Assembly: GCA_008632985.1 (NCBI GenBank)
Contig: QPGO01000217.1
Span: forward strand, 62,001 to 114,993
Source: Psammoneis japonica
Lineage: Eukaryota
Length of the DNA stretch: 52,993 nt
Direction of reading: 5' to 3'
In this document: one piece after another, positions 11,701 through 22,089 of the stretch
Layout: each line of letters begins with the position of its first letter
Position numbering within the stretch: position 1 is the first letter of the stretch
The notes under the pieces: model-generated
Databases searched by the model: none
Seen by the model: only the letters and a program-made list of their open reading frames with translations
Told to the model about the DNA's origin: nothing
Position numbers and translations under genes: made by a program

Positions 11701-14332
11701 GTTGGGCGTTGGTGCAACCAGAGTCGACGGCCGGGGTGTCGGCACAAACGGTGTCAGTGGCGATGGGCTCATTGCGGCGGTGCACATTAAGGGCGGGGTT
11801 GGGTGATTTGCAGGCCTTCCCAGGGTGTGCACCGGCGGGCATGCGGACGCACTGCATGGTGCAGTCAAAAGTGCGACGGACCGTGTCGGCAGGGAGGAAG
11901 CCAAAGCAAGGCCGAAGAGACTCGAAGGGGGGGTCCTTGGGCTGCACAGTGCGCTCCGGGGGTGGAACATCGTTGTCCTTGGGGTCAATCGCGTGTAGAT
12001 GACACTCGCAGAACACGTCGTCGTTCGGAATGAGGTGATCATCGAGGGCGGACGCGTGATCGGCAGACAAGGAAGCAGACATGATGGTCTCGTTGACAAT
12101 GACACGATGACAGCAGTTGCCGCATTCGTCAAACAGGTTGGCAGTGGGATCGTCCTGCAGGTCAGAGATCGCGTCGCACCACTGGTCATCATCAGTGACA
12201 GAGTGATCAAGGACGGAAGGATCCCATGTGTCATCACCGGTGAGGATGACATGGGGCAGGGTGTCCCATTCGGCGTCAGTGCAAGGTCGCATGGCAACAC
12301 AAGGCAGGCCGCCCTTGATGTCAATGGGGATGACACAGCCATCAGGAGTGGCAACACGTTGCAAGCTGTTGGGCACCTTGACAGAGCGATCATTGACATC
12401 CTGTTTGTGCCATTCGAGCTGGCCGCAGGAATGGATGGTCTTGCCCTTGCCCGTGTGTGCGCACTGATGGAGGATGGCGATGACGGGACCACGCTGGGTC
12501 TCAATGATGGCACCAGCGGTGACAATGGGGATGTCCACCAATTGATGGTCGTCAATGCCCTGAACGTCGACTTGGCAAGAGGTGCGTGCAATGACGCGAA
12601 CCTCGTCGCCAGCAATGCCGCCGTTGGCCCCGCGATCGACTGGAGCACCAGTGCGTGTGGAGCGATGAGCAGAGGCAGAGCAAATGACATTGTGGTCATC
12701 AACGCGACGGTGAGTGCGGCCGTTGAGTTCCACATCATCGGCAGAAGCTGGCGGGATGGAGGGAGCGGCGGATGGCCCCGGTCGACTAGCGTTGGGGGCT
12801 TGGTTAGGAGACAACAGACGTTGCAGATCACCGGGTGGCAGTGGCTTGCGCTTGGTGAGGTGCGCCAGGATGGGATCATCCGAAGTGGCACCCACATTTG
12901 GAGCGGAGTCGCCAGAGTCAGCAGGAGTCGTGTTGGACAAGTCGACATCACCGTCACTCCCAAGGCGTTGGTCGTGAAGGTTGGCCGCAATGGACTCATG
13001 GCAGTTGCTGGCTCGCGGGTTGCGGGGAGGCGGACGAGAATGCTCAAGGATGATCGCCTTGGAGGAATGGGGCAACGAATCCCAAATCCGTTGGTGGTCG
13101 GGAGGGAGACGTTTCCATTGGTCACCGGTGAGGCTGGGACCACGGGTGCAGGCAGCATTGGCCTGAAGGACGTCAATGTCGCTGTCAATGTCGCAGAACA
13201 CATCGTCGGACGGTTCCTCGGAGTGGACGTCGTGTGCGTGTGTGGCACGTCGGGGAGCTCGAGGTGTTGTCTTGGGTTGAAACGTGCTGTCGCATTGAGC
13301 TGCCGTGGAGAGGAGCAAGCCACAGTGTTGATCGCATGTGAGGCTCTTGCCACTCTGCGCACGATGCTGATCAGCTTGGTTCTTGACAGCACGGAGTTCC
13401 TCGACAGGGTGTGCGGCATTCTCGAGCATGACGCGCTTCTGTCCTTCAGAGAAGTGGTCGCTGGTTGGGATGAGTGCCTCGCACTTGCGCAACTGATCTT
13501 GCCAATGGAGGATGAACCCGTGGGTCGGACCTTTCCAAGTGCCATCACCAAGACGTGCGGTGGCAAGGTGCGTGAGCAAGGTGGAGGACTCGATGGATGC
13601 GTGGGTGGAGGCGAGCGCATGCTCAGACAAGGCGCGGCAGACGGTCTGGGCGTCAGAAGACCCCACATTTTTGCAAATGAGAGCCTTGCCCTTGTCGGTG
13701 AGAAGAATGCGTTCGAAGACGGCGAACATGCACTTTTGCTGTTCAGCAAAGAGCAGTTTGTCTTCGGGGCTGGTCGGTTTGTGCGACGAGTCTAGAATGC
13801 ACTCGACGTCTTGGGCACGGGCTTGTGCCACAAGTGAGGTGTGCCAAGTGTGCCACTGCTTGTCGGATTTGAGAGCCGTGAAAGCGGTGGGGTCACGCTT
13901 GATGCCTCGCTTGAAGTCTCGCACCGGGTCGCGTGCCTTGGTCGGGTTGGTGACATGCGGAGGTGCGAGGGGTGAGCTGCCGACGGACACAGAAGACATG
14001 CAGTCGGGGCTGAGGCGGTGGGCAAGGAACTCGTCATGCGCGAACAACGAGGAGTCATTGGCAACGTCAAGACCTTCATGTGCTTTGACAATGTGCAGAC
14101 TAATTAGAGCTGCTAACATGTTCTCATAACCGCGGGGCAAAGGGATCACATCAGTGCCATTGTCGCACTCAAGCGAGTCGATTTGGGACGGCATGAACGT
14201 GAACAGTTCTTGATGCGAGTCCGTGCCGTCTTGAGTCAAAGCCAAACGAAGAGGGCTCCCAGCACCTTGGGCAAGCACGGTTCCAACAACGTGCTCGAAA
14301 CCATCGGTTTGTTGCTGACGAGTGAGAACCAT
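8663..14332 (-). pseudogene. Copia gag-pol polyprotein pseudogene (single frame, two premature TGA stops)
   Basis: Track ORFs 11468-14362, 10211-11458 and 8663-10183 are in one frame, separated by TGA where Arg (CGA) is expected: QNFAER*CQTVK and HDGRHKA*LAADGHLT. Motifs: protease DRGANGG; integrase ATDT..DRAQVE..QSEPHQQHQN; RT DIGNA..YVDD; RNase H VDAN..FGDNKSV..NPADILSK. ATG at 14332. Confidence 0.93.
8716..8722 (-). other. Polypurine tract (TGGGGAG) adjoining the 3' LTR
   Basis: Minus strand reads ...ACTGGGGAG|TGACAG at the LTR junction. Confidence 0.7.
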
Positions 14333-15191
14333 GGCAGACAAAAGTGGTGTCAGGACAAGCAATTCTTGTTGGGAAGCGAAGGCAGACTTGAAACTTGGGT
14401 GAGAACAGACTTGACTTGAAACAGACTTGACTTGAAATCTTGAACTACCTTAAAATCAGAAGTCGCCGGGCTGTGCTGTCCCGTTCATTGTCAAGTGCCA
14501 AACTTCCCATCCGGTCCGCAGAGTTGTGCCGGCACGTCCGAACCCGCAGCCAGCGGCGCTTTGGGTTGCTTGCGAGCGGAGCAGCGGGTTGTAAACCCCT
14601 GCAGGTGAGCTGACTGGAGGTGGACAAGACCCCCGAACCGTTCTCATTTTACATTGGTTGGATTTCCCGATCAGGCTGGCCAGTTGACGCAGGCGTCAGG
14701 CGCTGTGGACGAACGAACAAACGCGGGAAAACACCCTCGCCCCAATGCAGGCTGCAATCACGGCTGCTTGCTCTCACAGTCATCCTCGTGGACCTAGTAG
14801 AACTGTAGAGCACCAGCAGTCCGGGGTAGATCAGGTACAATTGACTGGGCGTGCTTGTAGAGTGGTGGCAAAGCCGCAGTCCAAAGAGTGGGTTCAAGTC
14901 CTTGGCCGTGAAGATGTGTATATATACACATGTCTTCAGCGACTTAGATCCTTGAATATGTAGGGTTCTTGACCGTTAACCGTTGAATGGGTATATCAAG
15001 GGATGAGGATCAAGGATAGACTTGGATGTGACCGTTGAATGTATGTCTTCAGCGATCAAAGGTAGCATGATCAATCCAGATGTCCAGCGGTAAGGAGACT
15101 TGACGGTGACGTTAACTTCCTGCCGATGCCCTGGTATTGAATGCGCGTAGACTTGCCGATGTAAGTAGAATATATACGGAGGTCCACGCAG

Positions 15192-15955
15192 AATGGAGTG
15201 GCGTACTTTCCAAAAGTGCGGTGCGCAGTACTCGTCTACATACGGACAAACAGTGCTAGACTCTACGCACCGAACACAACAAGATTTCACTTCATTACGA
15301 CAACAGCACGGGAAGTCTATCATGTCGGGTGTGTCGACGTTGTTGCGCTTCTTGCGTATAAAAAATACATCAATCCACTAACATTACGCACGCGAATTGG
15401 ATGGGATGCAGGATCTTGCAAATCTGGTGAAAAAATCGTCCCCCCGTGCTTCACCGTGTTAAAAACCCCGTGCCAATCCTCCATGATGAATGAAAATCCA
15501 ACTTTTCGTCAAAATCTGTTGTCGCGTGCTCACTTCAGTGCTTCATCAATGCGATCGACCGAGAAAACACAAAATGCACCCCAAAAAAAGTGAAAAACAA
15601 CAGCCCCACCGCGGCCAAAACCTCTGCGTGATTTCAGCACCAAGTTGCACGTGCCAAAAACCCTTCGTCACCAATGGCTCAACCAGCTCCCAAAACAACT
15701 CGATCATTGTCATTTGACATTGATGTCTCATTTCTTGTCACATCAGTTGTTGTCTCGGTGCATCACAACCTCCCAGTCTGCTGTCGTTGTTGTGTGCGTC
15801 CATTGCCGATGTCGCGGCGTAGTTGCCGTGATGTTTGTGTGTGAAGTGAATTCAAGTGAACATCTCTGCGAATTTTGTGGTGCATTTTTACGCACGTGTG
15901 TGTTTTGTGTGGATCAGGCATGCGCACCGAATTTTTGAAAGTGCGCCACTCCATT
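15192..15955. repeat. ~36-bp inverted repeat pair (15192-15227 / 15921-15955) in the copia 5' leader; possible MITE-like insertion
   Basis: AATGGAGTGGCGTACTTTCCAAAAGTGCGGTGCGCA versus the reverse complement AATGGAGTGGCGCACTTTCAAAAATTCGGTGCGCA. No TSD recognised. Confidence 0.6.
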
Positions 15956-16014
15956 GAGACAGCGTCGTCGGCAGATCAACGACGACGATGGCGGTTGCTC
16001 AGCGGGTTGACAAT

Positions 16015-16031
16015 GAGCAAGACTGTTGATC
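16015..16031 (-). other. Putative primer-binding site next to the 5' LTR
   Basis: Position immediately internal to the 5' LTR. It lacks TGG; the plus strand GACTGTTGATC resembles a tRNA anticodon arm GACT-GTT-AATC with one TA->TG change. Confidence 0.4.
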
Positions 16032-16307
16032 TGACAGAAATTGAAGGCAAATGGCAAGAATTCAAACAATGACTCCTTGCTGCTGTCTAAATGGCAGATG
16101 AGTCTCCGCTCAGAGACCGTTGCAGGAGCCGAAAGACGTGCAAGTCGGCACAATCGGGCTGCTGTTGTCATTCTTGTGAGCCTTGTGGCTCGAAAGCAAA
16201 CTGCACTGCGCGCGAACGCGCGGAACTGAAGCACACAAAACTGTGCGCGGCAAACTAAACAGCGCACGACATTTCGCGCGCACCCAAATCCTGCTCAAAT
16301 CCTGTCA
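16032..16307 (-). repeat. 5' LTR of copia element
   Basis: Direct repeat of 8440-8715, followed by TSD GTTCT. Confidence 0.95.
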
Positions 16308-17640
16308 GTTCTCCAAGTTGGGTTTTTTTGTTCTGAGCTTGTTTTTGAGCTCACTGCATTTTGACGACACTTCTGCCTGCTTGAGATTGATGTCATGTGG
16401 TGGCAACCCCTGTTTCTCAATTGTCCAACAACCCTTGCAATGCTGCAGGAGCTTGGAGTCCCCACCAAGATTGTGCTTCTTCAACTCCACAGATGACCAC
16501 AGGCAGATTGGAGAATGTGCTCATGTTTTTTTTCATCCAGCACCTTTTCTTCACATGCACAGACTGCTGCAGCGGCATGTGTTTCCTCTTCTGTTTAAAA
16601 AACAGCTTCATTCAGTGCAAAAATCTTTTTCTTGCCACCTCTTGGTGATGTCAATGTTGATGGAAGCAACCAGTCACCAAGTGGTGCTGAGTCTGGCAGC
16701 TGTTCTTGCCAACATGCAAACGCCTTTGCCCACTGTCATCATAAAAATGGAAGGGGCTCTGGCGCCAAATCTTCCCCCGGTGCCTTGCTTTCCAGCATCC
16801 GTGAGGCAAAACAGCTGGCTTTGCAAGGCACTTGCACAATTTCCAGCTGTTTTGGTGCAGCATCACCTGATGGTGATGCCGTTTCAGGCTGATTTTGCTG
16901 CAAGCCCATGCCACACTTCAAGTGTGCTGGGGGTGTGGGCTGGCTTTTTGCCCTGGAGTTGCAGGGTGGAAGTGTGACAGCACCTTAAAAATGGTCTTTG
17001 GGTTTTGTTTTTTGGTGTTGAACAGTGGCGTTGGGACCCAATTGATCCTGTGGAATGACCCATGGCTGTGGAAGGCACCCATTTTGACAGAAGTTAAACA
17101 GGGGCAAAGTCATTGCTCAAACAGTTCTCTGTCACCAGCTCAAACCAACATTTGGGAGAATGAACGAGCAGGCCAGTGTCTGCATCCCAAGTGATCAATC
17201 ATCGGAGACGAAGTGTGGCACACCAGTGTGTCTGCTCCACATGTGAAAACACAAGAGACAACAACAAAGCACATGCGGTGACAGCTCGCAGACACAGTCA
17301 TTGAAGAGACGGAAATAAACCTTATTTATTTCCATTCAAAATACAAAAAAACACGTTCGGGAGGAAAGAGGAAACTGTTTTTGATCAACAGCCGATCAAT
17401 CAAGAAAACCGATGGACAGACTACTCTATCTTAGAGAGGCTAACTAACTGTGTACGAAGAGATCCAAAGATAGATACTAAGATAGATAGATATTGAACAT
17501 ACTTTTATTAATGAATGTTGCTAATGTAATGTAACGTCACGATGCGAACCGACGAAAGATCTGCTTGACATCATCACTGACACCACTTTTTCGCATTCGT
17601 TTTTGCGTACGGTACCAAGAACCCTTCTCTTTGCTTGGCA

Positions 17641-18729
17641 ATGGCGGCATCAAAGACTGCCTCACTTTCGCCAGGAGGTCTACTCAAGGCTCTTTTGGTA
17701 CTGCTTTTGATGAATTATAACCTACCATTGACGTCCGCATGGACCAATGTCGGAGCACAGGTTGGAAAATCTCCAGCCGTGAGTGGGCACGCTGCCTGCG
17801 ATTTGGAAAAAGAAGGAAAGGTCTTTGTCTTTGGAGGGTTAGCCCCGGATCGAACTGCAACCAACGATGTGTGGGTGTACGATGAGCATGCTTCTTCGAA
17901 TAACAAGTGGAGTAAGATATCTCCGAAAGGAGAAGGTCCAGGACCGAGAATGTACGCGGCAGCGGCTCGATTGAAATCGACCGTGTTTGTTGTTGGAGGG
18001 TGGGATCCGGAAGCAAAAGGTTCGGGAGGATCCTTCAAGGATAGCATCTATGCTATGGATACAAAAACGTGGACATGGTCTCATTTTGCGCCCTTGCGAT
18101 GTGGTCCAGTCTCTCGTCATACCGCTTGCAGGGTTGGTAACAGAATCATTGTTCATACTTACAAAGAAGGCAAGGAAGGATGCATCGTGTTCTCCGAGGA
18201 CGGTTATTCTCGATCCCAAGCCACAACCGGAGATGTACCCGTGGGGATATCCATGTGTTGTGCGGCACCTCTTGGATCCAACAAAATGGTGCTTTTCGGT
18301 GGCAGTACGAAAACTCAAGAGATGACCAACGCAGTTCACGTTTTGGACACGACAACTTGGGAATGGACAAGGCTCGAAAGCCACGGAGGTCCGGCCCCAT
18401 GTACATCCTGCTGTATGGCTAGTGTTACTGACGACAAAGATTGCTCATCGTACGTAATTTTTGGGGGTGCAACGCTCGGAGACGAAGGCTATCAAGGAGG
18501 GAAGGGGTTGCATGGAAGCGACGAAACATGGCTTTTGAACGTTCACTTGGACAAGAATGTAGCAGATTGGACCAAGTTCCTTCCATCCCATGATACAAAA
18601 AAGAATCCTCCACCGCGAGTTGCTGCATCTATTCACAAAGTCTGCTCTGAAAAGAACAAGTTCCTTTTGGTTGGTGGATGGAACCCAGCTACAACCGAGA
18701 CATACGACGAGCCCTGGACGCTAGAGTAG
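17641..18729 (+). CDS. Kelch-repeat beta-propeller protein with N-terminal signal peptide
   Basis: Intact ORF with normal Tyr content. Repeated FVFGG/VVGGW/VLFGG/IFGG/LVGGW...W Kelch motifs; hydrophobic leader ending TSA-W. Confidence 0.88.
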   Translation: MAASKTASLSPGGLLKALLVLLLMNYNLPLTSAWTNVGAQVGKSPAVSGHAACDLEKEGKVFVFGGLAPDRTATNDVWVYDEHASSNNKWSKISPKGEGPGPRMYAAAARLKSTVFVVGGWDPEAKGSGGSFKDSIYAMDTKTWTWSHFAPLRCGPVSRHTACRVGNRIIVHTYKEGKEGCIVFSEDGYSRSQATTGDVPVGISMCCAAPLGSNKMVLFGGSTKTQEMTNAVHVLDTTTWEWTRLESHGGPAPCTSCCMASVTDDKDCSSYVIFGGATLGDEGYQGGKGLHGSDETWLLNVHLDKNVADWTKFLPSHDTKKNPPPRVAASIHKVCSEKNKFLLVGGWNPATTETYDEPWTLE

Positions 18730-19378
18730 CAAATACATTACCGGAACGCCTACTAAATCCCAGTCTCTCATTCAAAATTAGTCACGACGTACGAAAGCAA
18801 ACTGCACAAAATGCTCGGGATTTCTGGGTAGAGTTTTAGACTTGTGTAACGAGCTATGGTACATGGTGCTTGAGTTTCAGGTTGCCGTGAGTATGAATGA
18901 CGTTTTCCTACTAGAATACGACTGCATCAAAGGTAGAGCGTCCCGTTGCAGCGCCGTTGTATGTTTCCAATTTGCACAATGCCTCCCATTTTCCTGTGGA
19001 AACAAACTATGAACTGAATACAGTGTCAAATATTGCGATACAATACATTCTTATTCTCTAGAGTGAAGCTGTCGATACGCGTACGGAGGCAACATGGAAG
19101 TTCGGCTTGTCAAGCAAAGAAATTGAACAAACTTATCGGTCGTGGCTTTCTCCGAGTACATGGTTGTAAGTCCCGTCATGAGATCAACCCAATGCGCCGA
19201 ACATGTGTACACATAATTGTGTGAGCGTGCTTGTATGTGTAATGGAAGTGAGGTATTGCAATCGCTTTTCCACGTCTTTTCTGCTGTGGTGTATCGTTGT
19301 TCTTGCAGCTGGCTGTGAGCGACGCGACATATATGCTGACATAAAAGGTATGAGATTCCCTTCCCGTGTACTTGGATT

Positions 19379-20539
19379 TTAACCGATAATGCGATAGGAA
19401 CTTCCAATGTCTTGTCCTTGCTGCAGTGCTGTCTTGATGAATCCTTGGTTCTTGTTGTCTTCATCTTGCAGCCCTGGCGTGACGGGTTCGCCTTCTTTTG
19501 GCTCTGGTGTAACACTGGGGCCAGGAACACAGATTGGTGACAATGTCGGAGACGGCGTGGGGGTTTTGAGCTTTTTTGATACCTTGGAGAGTGCATCACG
19601 CATGCGCTTGTTCTCGTCTTCGAGTTGTTCAATCGTCTTCTCCACGTGAGAGACAAAGCATTTTTTGCGGTCGCGTGTCATTTTGGCATGAAGCCTGTTG
19701 CGCTCACGCCTGTTGTAAAATGTAGAACAAAACGTTAAGATGTGAGTCGCACAATGAGATATAGCAACTACGTGCAAGGCAACTGTCGAGATAGAGAGGA
19801 AAAGGCGAGGTATATATACGTACCGCAAATCCTCCAGCTGTTCTTGCGTAAGCTGCTGCTGAGTACCGTCTTCGTCGCAGTACTTTCCAGTCTTCCAATT
19901 AATATGCGTCTTCCCACCACCGATAAGAGTAATGTGGCCGTCAATGTTAAGCTTGAGAGGCTGAGAGGCCTGTTCGATGTTATTCTCGACCAAGAATCGT
20001 TTCCTCTTGTTCCCAACGAGCAACGGCGGAACTTTGGGTGTCGACGCCTGAAGCTCTTGTCCGAGATTTGCAGCCTCCACGAGACTATCCATTAGATGCT
20101 CTTTGGAAGATAGACCAACAAGAATCGATGCAATGCTGCATTGCTCGATCTTTTGCTTGAGGATATGGTTCTCTGCTTCTAGTCCTCTGACTTTGCTCTG
20201 CAGTGCTTCAAGCTGTGCCTTCTTTCTAAGACGCGTACGGCGAGCGTGCTCGCGGTTCCGTTCGCGGCTTCTGGCAAGTCGTTGCGCAGCGTCTTCTTCC
20301 GAGTCTCCGCTTCCCTGATACTGACGAGGCTCGTAAGCACAGTCCTGGCTGCCAGACCCGTTTTTCTTACTGAGAAATTGTGGTTTCTGCAATGTCGCGG
20401 GCGTCGCACACAACTCAGTTTCCATGATTTTCGGCGTTTCTTGATCTTCAAAAAGAAAAGTATTGCCATTCTTAGCAATCTCTGCAGCTGCTGCTACAGC
20501 TGCCGCCATTGCTCTCGCAGATGCATTTGGCATTGTCAT
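19379..20539 (-). CDS. bZIP transcription factor with two bZIP domains (intron 19710-19823)
   Basis: RSRERNREHARRTRLRKK plus zipper, and RRERNRLHAKMTRDRKK plus zipper. A 114-nt GT-AG intron joins EDLR|RERNR. Likely start MTMPN at 20539. Confidence 0.9.
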   Translation of the reverse strand: MTMPNASARAMAAAVAAAAEIAKNGNTFLFEDQETPKIMETELCATPATLQKPQFLSKKNGSGSQDCAYEPRQYQGSGDSEEDAAQRLARSRERNREHARRTRLRKKAQLEALQSKVRGLEAENHILKQKIEQCSIASILVGLSSKEHLMDSLVEAANLGQELQASTPKVPPLLVGNKRKRFLVENNIEQASQPLKLNIDGHITLIGGGKTHINWKTGKYCDEDGTQQQLTQEQLEDLRYVYIPRLFLSISTVALHVVAISHCATHILTFCSTFYNRRERNRLHAKMTRDRKKCFVSHVEKTIEQLEDENKRMRDALSKVSKKLKTPTPSPTLSPICVPGPSVTPEPKEGEPVTPGLQDEDNKNQGFIKTALQQGQDIGSSYRIIG

Positions 20540-21064
20540 GTTGTTCTGTTTGCATGCAATGAATGACAGATGGTTCCGAGTGAGAAAAAGTGAGAAAGCA
20601 TGAAGCAAAAACGTTCTGTAACCCGGAAAGAAGATACTGTAGTACGTACGAGTACGTACTAAGGTCTACGATGTCATTGTTGTGACAAAAAACAGCTGTC
20701 GATGAGGACAAAAGTTGAACCATGTCACAAGAAAGCGCGGGAAACGAGCCCGCCGCCCGCATCATCACTTTTCATCGACATCGACCTCGGATTTCGCTTG
20801 CTTCTCTGCCAAATACACAGAGAAAATCAACACGAGAAGAGCTCAACAGAAGCAGAGCCATGTGTGGACTGCCTGCAGCAAGCCTCCTCTGGTGCCATGA
20901 CAGACAAGGAATTGTTTGCAGGCTCCTCAAGCATGTCGTGCCCTCACTCACAGAAAGGACAACACATCTCTCTAGAGTCAAAGACAATGCAGTGCCACCC
21001 TCTCACTTGAGCCGCCATTGCCACCTCTCCTCCTTCACAACATCCACTGTGTGACAAAAAACTG

Positions 21065-21323
21065 CCAGCCTGTTCCAGCTCCAGGTGATCCGCTCGGGTT
21101 CGATTCCCATCATTTGGCGCAGCGCATTGAACCTTTTCAAAATCCATTTTTTGCCAAATGGAAGGGCAAGCATGCACTTTGCATGCATTTTCGGGTGTGC
21201 GCTTGCCTTTCAATTTTCTAAACCATCAAAATTGAAGGAGTTCAATGTGCCAAACTGTGCAGAAAATCCACATCGGCCTCTCACGTGATGAAAAGCGGAT
21301 CAGCTGGAGCTGGAACAGGCCGG
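21065..21323. mobile_element. MITE-like element with ~30-bp TIRs, probable Tc1/mariner-type TA target (now TG / CA)
   Basis: CCAGCCTGTTCCAGCTCCAGGTGATCCGCT (21065-21094) is inverted at 21294-21323. Flanked by TG (21063-21064) and CA (21324-21325). Confidence 0.65.
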
Positions 21324-22089
21324 CAGCACACCTGCCTGCGAAAAAGAATGAACTTCACATGCTTTTCATTGACCACTCAGTGGTTGGTGATTGCAGACTT
21401 TTTCATGTGGGTCCGGCAGTTGGGCAGTCAGGGAGTCGGGCAGTCGGGCAGACGCGTTCCAGCCATTGGTGCTGGGACCCCGTGTGACATTGGGCCTGCA
21501 GAATTCTGGGTGCGAGCTCCGCAGTGTGAGAATTTAATTGATGGACATGTTTGTCTTCAACATCAAACAAACAGCCAAGTTTTTTAGTGCAATCATGCCT
21601 CTTGCCACTCGACGTTTTTGCAAACGTGCCTGCCCTGCATGATTCTTGAGACATTGTAGAATCGCGCTGCAACAAAAAATGTCAAAAGTTGTTGTACGGA
21701 TCGCTCAACAAGTGTGCCATAAAATGACACAAAATGTCAAAAAAATCACGCAGAAATCTGCGTGCTCGACATGCGACGTGATTCAAAAAACCGTCGATGT
21801 CACAGTTCAGCAGTGCAAGGTCCCACCCAGACCTGGAACACGTCGGCAGTCCGTCTGAATTTGAAAGTGTGTCCCTCGGATTTTGGAATGGGATGGGTTG
21901 TTCAGTGCAGATGAATTCTTTGGATTCACAGAATGATCATTGAGGACATGAGAAGTTGTGGGGACATCCTAAAAAATTGACAAATTCCCTGCGACGGGTG
22001 CGTGGAATGGTTTTTCAGGAGAGCTCGAAAGTTCTGAAAAATTGGGATTGCCAGCGTGGCATGTTGAAAAAATGCATTCATTCACAAAC

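Larger units (their letters stand above)
8440..16307 (-). mobile_element. Full-length Ty1/copia LTR retrotransposon (diatom CoDi-like), inactivated
   Basis: 276-bp direct LTRs with TGACAG...CTGTCA ends; 5-bp TSD GTTCT at 8435-8439 and 16308-16312; gag-PR-IN-RT-RH domain order on the minus strand. Confidence 0.96.
5234..17014. mobile_element. Putative TIR DNA transposon (degenerate) into which the copia element is inserted
   Basis: ~90-bp imperfect inverted repeats at 5234-5324 and 16922-17014 (core TTAAGGTGCTGYCACACTTCC). The interior is TpA/CpG-depleted with degraded ORFs. No transposase motif or TSD recognised. Confidence 0.45.

Noticed and set aside
11455..13795. Long overlapping/antisense ORFs (764 aa at 11455-13749, 598 aa at 11999-13795) in the copia
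   Set aside because: Shadow frames left open by loss of TAA/TAG; no recognisable domains.
8440..14332. Classical RIP, ADAR editing or a diversity-generating retroelement as the cause of the changes
   Set aside because: RIP would enrich TpA; ADAR would be sense-strand only and shared by both LTRs; DGRs give A->N in a short variable repeat, whereas here the changes are transitions over kilobases on both strands.
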